Shown here piece by piece: positions 55,746-61,782 of a stretch of 61,782 nt of DNA. The DNA comes from a virus (Duplodnaviria > Caudoviricetes): positions 1-61,782 of IMG/VR virus record IMGVR_UViG_3300027896_002037; one strand, given 5' to 3'. The position numbers and the translations under genes are program-made. Every line of letters starts with the position of its first letter. Position 1 is the stretch's first letter. The notes beneath the pieces were generated by a model, which saw nothing but the letters and a program-made list of their open reading frames with translations, was not told the origin of the DNA and did no database searches.

Positions 55746-58700
55746 GTGAAGAATATCATAAATCCAAATTTTAAAATGAAAGATGGTCATAATCTTTTTA
55801 AAATTAGGGAAGAGGATTATAATAATATTATTCCAAATGTAAGAATGATTTTAGAACCAGTTTTAAAAGAAGGATTTCAGATATTAGAACTTGGTCTAAA
55901 AGATTCTTATGCTAGTGAGGTTGATAGAAATCTATATCAATTACTTGTAATAACCCTTCAAAAAGGTGAACATGTTGTTGATCTAACTTTAAAGATTCCA
56001 AAGATTGTCGATGGAAATTTTGTTATTATTGGCGGAAAGAGAAAGATTCCGCTTTTTCAATTATTTGATCTACCATTTGTAACAACCTCAGATGGTACAT
56101 TAAAAATAAGAACTAATATAGCTACATTTAATATATCAAGAACAAAGAATTCTCCATATGTAGTTATGAAAGTTCTCGGTTCAGATATACCATTATCATT
56201 ATTAATCTTATCTAGATATATAGATGTCAATGTTATAATTGATTTTTTCGATCTAAATAATATTGAGTTTCCACTTGATGATGAAGATTTTGATTATAGT
56301 ACTCTAACTCTATATGATGCCCTCAGATATGATCTTAAGAATTATATCGAGGATTACGGTGGAAAGAGTAAAGAATTTTATGCCAATATGATAAATGGAT
56401 TCTATACAAAATCCGCATATGCAAAGGGAGAGAATATTCTCTATGCACTGGATATTGTAACAAAGGTTGATCCGATTTCTGCTAGATTTTTTAAAAGCGA
56501 TCATATTATAGATGAAGCTGTTAATTTTATATATAGAGTTTCGTCCGGAGAATTTATAGATGATACCAATCTATTAAATAAGCGTATGCGCTGTATGGAA
56601 TATATGGTCCTGAAGATAATATCAAAAGCTGCATTCGATTTGTGCATGCTAAGTAAGGGATCGAGTATAAAATTAAAAATAAATAGTAAGCAGATTATAT
56701 CAGAGGTCAGTGTATCTGATGTTGTACAATTCGATTCGTCAATCAATCCAATTGAAAACTTAACATCAATTTTACGATGTACTTATCTTGGAAAAAGCAC
56801 TGGTGGGTTCGATAGATCCAGTATTCCAACTCGACTGCGTGATATTAATCCATCTATGTTTGGTAGAATTTGTCCCGTAGAAACTCCAGATAGGGAAAAT
56901 TGTGGAGTAGTACAATCTTTAATACCAAATGTTAACTTCGATCAAAATTATAAGTTTACCGAAGAAATTTGTGCCAAGCAACCAGTATCATTAGCGGTAT
57001 CGATGGTTCCTTTTTTAGAGAAAGACGATCAAACCCGACTACAAATGGCATCCTCACAAATGAGGCAGGCGATAAATTTAAAGAAGATTGAACAACCATT
57101 AATTCAAAGTGGTTCAGAAGGATTATATTCAGACTATACATATTTTATTAAGAAAGCTAAGAAAAATGGAGAAGTTGTATACGCAGATAATGACCTTTTG
57201 ATGATATCATATGATGATCATACATACGATATTTTTGATATTGGAATTAGAAATACATATACTGAAAATATCGATATACCCAAAGTATATGTATCGGTTG
57301 GAGATAAGGTAAAGGCTGGAGATATCCTATCAGAAAGCAACTATTCAGATGGTGGTAAAATTCAAATAGGTAGAAATCTTTTAACTGTTATAATGCCATA
57401 CTATGGATATAACTATGAGGATTCTATAGTTATCTCGGATAAATTAGTAAATGAAGATATTTTAACGTCTATGCATCATGTTAATTTGGGATTTATTCTA
57501 TCGCCCGATAAAGTACTATTGAGCTTAGATAATGATAGATATAGACCTTTACCAAATCCACAAACATATTGTAATGATAAAGATTCTCCTTTTCAAACAC
57601 CACGAAAAATTGAATTGATCAAGCATGGGGAACCATATGCCATTATAAAAGAATTACAAGATGATCCCCTTATGTTTACCAATAATTTCGGTGAGTCGAT
57701 AAAACTCTTGGCAAAAAAAGATATCATGATAACCTCAGTAGAATTATATCCGAATACATATAATCACTCAGTGCCGGAATTCAAAGATTGGGTTGAGAAG
57801 AAATTTCAAACTCAGTTAGATCATCAAAATAAGATTCATGAAATTATTAAACAGTATGTACCAAAAGAAGGAATTCAACGATATATTAAAGATAGGAGTT
57901 TGGATAGGTTTTCATTAGCTGGAAAATTTAAAATAAAAGATGATCCTATAAAAGGTATGTACATCTCAATTAAGGGTGTATATTCTAGAAAAATTGATCA
58001 GGGTGATAAAATTGGAAACAGGCATGGAAATAAAGGAGTTATTTGTAAAATCGTTCCTCATGATAAAATGCCACAACTTCCAGATGGAAGACATGCAGAA
58101 ATAATCATTAATCCATTAGGAATAATTTCAAGAATGAACATTGGGCAGACCTTTGAATTACATTTGGCAATGTCCTTAAATGATTTGAAAAACAATTTAT
58201 TTAAAATGTTAGACAAACGAAGCTCACAGAAAGATATGAAAAAATATATACTTGATTATATAAAAATTTTAGACAATACAAATGAGCGATGGTATACAGA
58301 ACAAGTTGAAGAAATGTTTACGGGTTATAGTACCCATATAGATAATGAATTCATTAGTAAACTTTATCTATTGGCACCACCATTTGAATCATCGTCATAT
58401 GAACAATTACAGTTAGCTTGTCAGTATACAAATACTGCACTGGAATATAAGATATATGATCCTAGTATAGAGAAATATATTATTAATCCCGAAGGGGTTG
58501 GATTTATGTATTTCTTTAGAATGATACATATAGCAGAAGAAAAGATTTCTGCTAGAGGTATCGGATCATATTCTAAAAAAACACTTCAACCACCGGGGGG
58601 CCGTAGAAACCACGGCGGTCAACGATGTGGAGAAATGGAAACTTTTTGCTTTGCAGCACATGATGGTATTGAAAATTTAACAGAAATTTTAACTACGAAA

Positions 58701-58844
58701 TCAGACTGCATGGGAAAGAAAAATAAATATCTAAAAGAGGCACTTGCTTCAGAATATTTAAAAGAAGTCTCTGAAGACGATATGATACCAGAAAGTGTTA
58801 AGCTGATGGAGGCATATCTAAAAACTGTTGGTATAGATTTATAA
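55746..58844 (+). CDS. rpoB: RNA polymerase beta-like subunit 2 (unsplit)
   Basis: FGRICPVETPD, DD..R.QM.SSQMRQA, GRNL...MPY.GYNYEDSI, GDKIGNRHGNKGVI, NPLGIISRMNIGQ, GGQRCGEME. Confidence 0.95.
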   Translation: MKNIINPNFKMKDGHNLFKIREEDYNNIIPNVRMILEPVLKEGFQILELGLKDSYASEVDRNLYQLLVITLQKGEHVVDLTLKIPKIVDGNFVIIGGKRKIPLFQLFDLPFVTTSDGTLKIRTNIATFNISRTKNSPYVVMKVLGSDIPLSLLILSRYIDVNVIIDFFDLNNIEFPLDDEDFDYSTLTLYDALRYDLKNYIEDYGGKSKEFYANMINGFYTKSAYAKGENILYALDIVTKVDPISARFFKSDHIIDEAVNFIYRVSSGEFIDDTNLLNKRMRCMEYMVLKIISKAAFDLCMLSKGSSIKLKINSKQIISEVSVSDVVQFDSSINPIENLTSILRCTYLGKSTGGFDRSSIPTRLRDINPSMFGRICPVETPDRENCGVVQSLIPNVNFDQNYKFTEEICAKQPVSLAVSMVPFLEKDDQTRLQMASSQMRQAINLKKIEQPLIQSGSEGLYSDYTYFIKKAKKNGEVVYADNDLLMISYDDHTYDIFDIGIRNTYTENIDIPKVYVSVGDKVKAGDILSESNYSDGGKIQIGRNLLTVIMPYYGYNYEDSIVISDKLVNEDILTSMHHVNLGFILSPDKVLLSLDNDRYRPLPNPQTYCNDKDSPFQTPRKIELIKHGEPYAIIKELQDDPLMFTNNFGESIKLLAKKDIMITSVELYPNTYNHSVPEFKDWVEKKFQTQLDHQNKIHEIIKQYVPKEGIQRYIKDRSLDRFSLAGKFKIKDDPIKGMYISIKGVYSRKIDQGDKIGNRHGNKGVICKIVPHDKMPQLPDGRHAEIIINPLGIISRMNIGQTFELHLAMSLNDLKNNLFKMLDKRSSQKDMKKYILDYIKILDNTNERWYTEQVEEMFTGYSTHIDNEFISKLYLLAPPFESSSYEQLQLACQYTNTALEYKIYDPSIEKYIINPEGVGFMYFFRMIHIAEEKISARGIGSYSKKTLQPPGGRRNHGGQRCGEMETFCFAAHDGIENLTEILTTKSDCMGKKNKYLKEALASEYLKEVSEDDMIPESVKLMEAYLKTVGIDL

Positions 58845-58847
58845 AAC

Positions 58848-58862
58848 TCTATATATATTAAT
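58848..58862 (+). promoter_or_regulatory. Putative phage promoter motif TCTATATATATTAAT
   Basis: Identical to 32698-32712. Confidence 0.45.
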
Positions 58863-58865
58863 ATT

Positions 58866-58929
58866 AAATAGGTAAGAGATAGTCGTGTGCATGCCCCGCC
58901 AAGACTAACTCTTACCTATTTTATTTTTT
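58866..58929 (+). terminator. Long stem-loop with U-rich tail (terminator or small RNA/leader)
   Basis: AAATAGGTAAGAG/CTCTTACCTATTT 13 bp plus TAGTC/GACTA, 18-nt GC-rich loop, then TATTTTTT. Confidence 0.55.
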
Positions 58930-58957
58930 AAACTTTAAACAAAGGAGGTATGTAATC

Positions 58958-59275
58958 GTGATAGTTTTGATGGTCATATTTTATATCTTATTTTTCTCAT
59001 TAGGAATATATACATCAAAAACGTATATACTTTGTCCAGGTATTAATAAATTTCTATTTATGAATTTTTATATTATTATATGTAATATTATATGGTTATA
59101 TATGCTATCAAAATATAAAGAATTATATATGATTGGGTCTGTATGTAATCTTTTATGTTTATTATCCGTAATTTTTATTGGGATTTTTGTGTTTAATGAA
59201 AAAGTTACATACTGTCAATCGATAGGCATAATTCTTGGAATATTGGCTATTTTATTGATAAGTATGGGAAAGTAG
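58958..59275 (+). CDS. Small 4-TM membrane protein (SMR/DMT-like)
   Basis: Four hydrophobic segments, G..VF.E......IGI.L.I.AI.L C-terminal pattern. Confidence 0.65.
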   Translation: MIVLMVIFYILFFSLGIYTSKTYILCPGINKFLFMNFYIIICNIIWLYMLSKYKELYMIGSVCNLLCLLSVIFIGIFVFNEKVTYCQSIGIILGILAILLISMGK

Positions 59276-59286
59276 GAGAAATTTTA

Positions 59287-60576
59287 ATGAATAATGTATT
59301 AGAACGAGTTTCAAATTTTATAGCAGATGCAAATGTTACAAATTCAACAACAGATAAAATTGCAGTTATTAGAAAGTATGATGATCTTAAACTATTATTC
59401 AAATATACTTATGATACATTAATGTTTACGTATGGTGTTACATCTGATAATATTAAAAAACAAAAACATCTTGGGGTATTAGACATTAAAGATTTAGATT
59501 TGTTTGATGTATTAAATGATCTTCATAATAGAAGATATACTGGGCATAATGCTCTCAAATTAGTTAATACTCTCATAGGCGAAAATACTGAATATGAAGA
59601 TATTATATATAATATCATAGATAGAAATTTAAAGAGTAGAACAGATAGTAAATTAATAAATAAAGTTTTTCCGGGATTAATATCAGAATTTTCTGTTGCT
59701 CTGGCTGATAAATATGAAGAATCTAGAAATATCAATTTTACAACAACTCCATATTTTGCCAGTCGGAAATGTGATGGAGTAAGATGTATTACAATTTTTG
59801 ATTCTCTGGGAGATATAAGATTTTATTCCAGAGAGGGAAAAGAATTTTTGACATTGGATATCCTAAAAAAAGATCTTGTAAAATTAGGATTTATCTCAAT
59901 AATTTTAGATGGAGAGATATGCATTGTGAACAACAATGGTGATGAGAACTTTCAAGATATTATGAAAGAGATCAGAAAGAAAAATCATACGATAGAAAAT
60001 CCAAGATATATGATATTTGATATGATAGATTATGATGGATTTTATAATAAACGCTCAGATAGGAAATTATCCGATGTATTTAGACTATTAAAAGTTATAG
60101 AAACTAAGTGTTCAAATGTTAAAGCATTGGATCAGATTTATGTCAATGATCATAAAATTTTAGAACAGTTAATATCACATGCTGATAGATTAGGATGGGA
60201 GGGGCTTATTATACGACGCGCCGATTCTGATTATGAAGGAAAGCGCACTAAAAATATGCTCAAGATAAAAAATTTTAAGGATCAAGAATATATTGTAAAA
60301 ACTATAATCAATGGACCGATGAGACATATTGTTGCAGGTAAGGAAATTACTACAGAGATGTTAAGTTCTGTTGAGATTGAGCATAAAGGATATACCGTTA
60401 ATGTTGGTAGTGGATTCACGATAGATGAACGGTTGTTCTTCAAAGAGAATCCTGAACAATTAATTGGTAAGACAATCACTGTAAAATATTTTGAAGAAAC
60501 AACTGATTGTAATGGTAAATTGTCTCTTAGGTTTCCAACCATTAAGGCTATACATGGCAATAGGCGTGAACTGTAA
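59287..60576 (+). CDS. ATP-dependent DNA ligase
   Basis: KCDGVR, SR.GK, LDGEI, IFD, EGLI, K.K, VGSGF, SLRFP. Confidence 0.93.
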   Translation: MNNVLERVSNFIADANVTNSTTDKIAVIRKYDDLKLLFKYTYDTLMFTYGVTSDNIKKQKHLGVLDIKDLDLFDVLNDLHNRRYTGHNALKLVNTLIGENTEYEDIIYNIIDRNLKSRTDSKLINKVFPGLISEFSVALADKYEESRNINFTTTPYFASRKCDGVRCITIFDSLGDIRFYSREGKEFLTLDILKKDLVKLGFISIILDGEICIVNNNGDENFQDIMKEIRKKNHTIENPRYMIFDMIDYDGFYNKRSDRKLSDVFRLLKVIETKCSNVKALDQIYVNDHKILEQLISHADRLGWEGLIIRRADSDYEGKRTKNMLKIKNFKDQEYIVKTIINGPMRHIVAGKEITTEMLSSVEIEHKGYTVNVGSGFTIDERLFFKENPEQLIGKTITVKYFEETTDCNGKLSLRFPTIKAIHGNRREL

Positions 60577-60630
60577 GTAATCTTCTAGGCATTTAACTAA
60601 AGAATATCATGTAACATTGAGAGGAACGAT

Positions 60631-61360
60631 ATGATTGAATTAACAGGAAAATATACGACGGCTAATATTATGATCGATACTATCGAGGAAGGGGCTCTGA
60701 GTCAGATTAATCAAATGACAAATCATATAGCCTTTAATCGCCCCATAGTGGTCATGCCCGATTGCCATCAGGGGAAGGGTTCCGTTATAGGGTTCACTAT
60801 GCCCATGAGCGATAAGGTGGTGCCTAACATAATTGGGAGTGATATTGGATGTGGAATGTTGAGCTTCTGTATTGGTAAGACGTTCCCAATGTCTCTCGAA
60901 CTATTAGATCAACGAATCCGGAATATGATACCTTTCGGAACAAACGTCCATGATAATCCTATTATCCAGATGGAAAAGGATTTCCCTTGGAAGCGAGTTA
61001 ACGATCTAGCTCGAAAGTTCCTTATGGCTGCTGCTAGAAGAGACTATCTACTGGATCTGACTCTGAAAGCTGTTTCCAGTAACTACTCCATTGATTGGTT
61101 CTCTGAGAAGTGTGATAGGATTGGTGGGGGGACAGGTCGGCATATTAATGCTCTTGGTACTCTCGGTTCGGGAAATCATTTTATAGAATGTGGAATTGAT
61201 CATCTTGAAAATTATTGGATTACTATCCATACAGGATCTCGTAATTTCGGAAAGAGGATCTGCGATTACTGGCAGAACACAGCTAAAAAATCTCTGGAGC
61301 GAGGAGACCTTAAGGAAGAGATAGATGCACTTAAGAAGTTATATTCTGGCGATGAACTTT
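60631..61360 (+). pseudogene. rtcB: RtcB RNA ligase, 5' part, interrupted by IS insertion
   Basis: MPDCHQG, GSDIGCGM, GTLGSGNHFIE, IHTGSRNFG; C-terminal motifs missing; ORF reads into the IS end and stops at 61434. Confidence 0.85.

Positions 61361-61782
<422 letters not shown>

Noticed and set aside
23764-58844. Cellular (bacterial or archaeal) chromosome origin of the rpoB/rpoC genes
   Set aside because: No ribosomal-protein context, reversed gene order, strong divergence, duplication and interspersed virion genes indicate a virus
4774-61230. Many 60-230 aa minus-strand and alternate-frame ORFs in the track (e.g. 48772-49458, 36820-37200, 55201-55578)
   Set aside because: They lie opposite or inside well-supported + strand genes, lack recognisable motifs, and look like antisense shadows of biased codon usage

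Overview
An AT-rich segment, coding almost entirely on the + strand, from a large (jumbo-type) tailed dsDNA phage, probably of an anaerobic bacterium (class III ribonucleotide reductase, GGAG(G) ribosome-binding sites, sigma70-type promoters). It carries T4-like replication and recombination genes (primase, clamp-like protein, RNase H-like 5' nuclease, RecA/UvsX, SSB, two-subunit type II topoisomerase, SF2 helicase, Mre11/Rad50, ATP-dependent ligase) and a few virion genes (gp13-like neck, gp53-like wedge, gp5/VgrG-like spike). It also has two distinct multisubunit RNA polymerases (two beta'/beta pairs, one with an intein and a gene split in the trigger loop), an NrdD with three inteins followed by a degenerate RNR homologue, a MoxR-type AAA+/VWA-metallopeptidase module with a structured intergenic RNA, an NRAMP-like transporter, KhpA, and an rtcB interrupted by an IS200/IS605 tnpB element. 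The standout is an apparently complete phage-encoded ubiquitin-like conjugation operon (47645-52253): a large E2 fusion, a JAB peptidase, a ThiF/E1 and a multidomain Ubl ending ...AGEKG-LA. All family assignments come from motif recognition by eye; no database searches were run.
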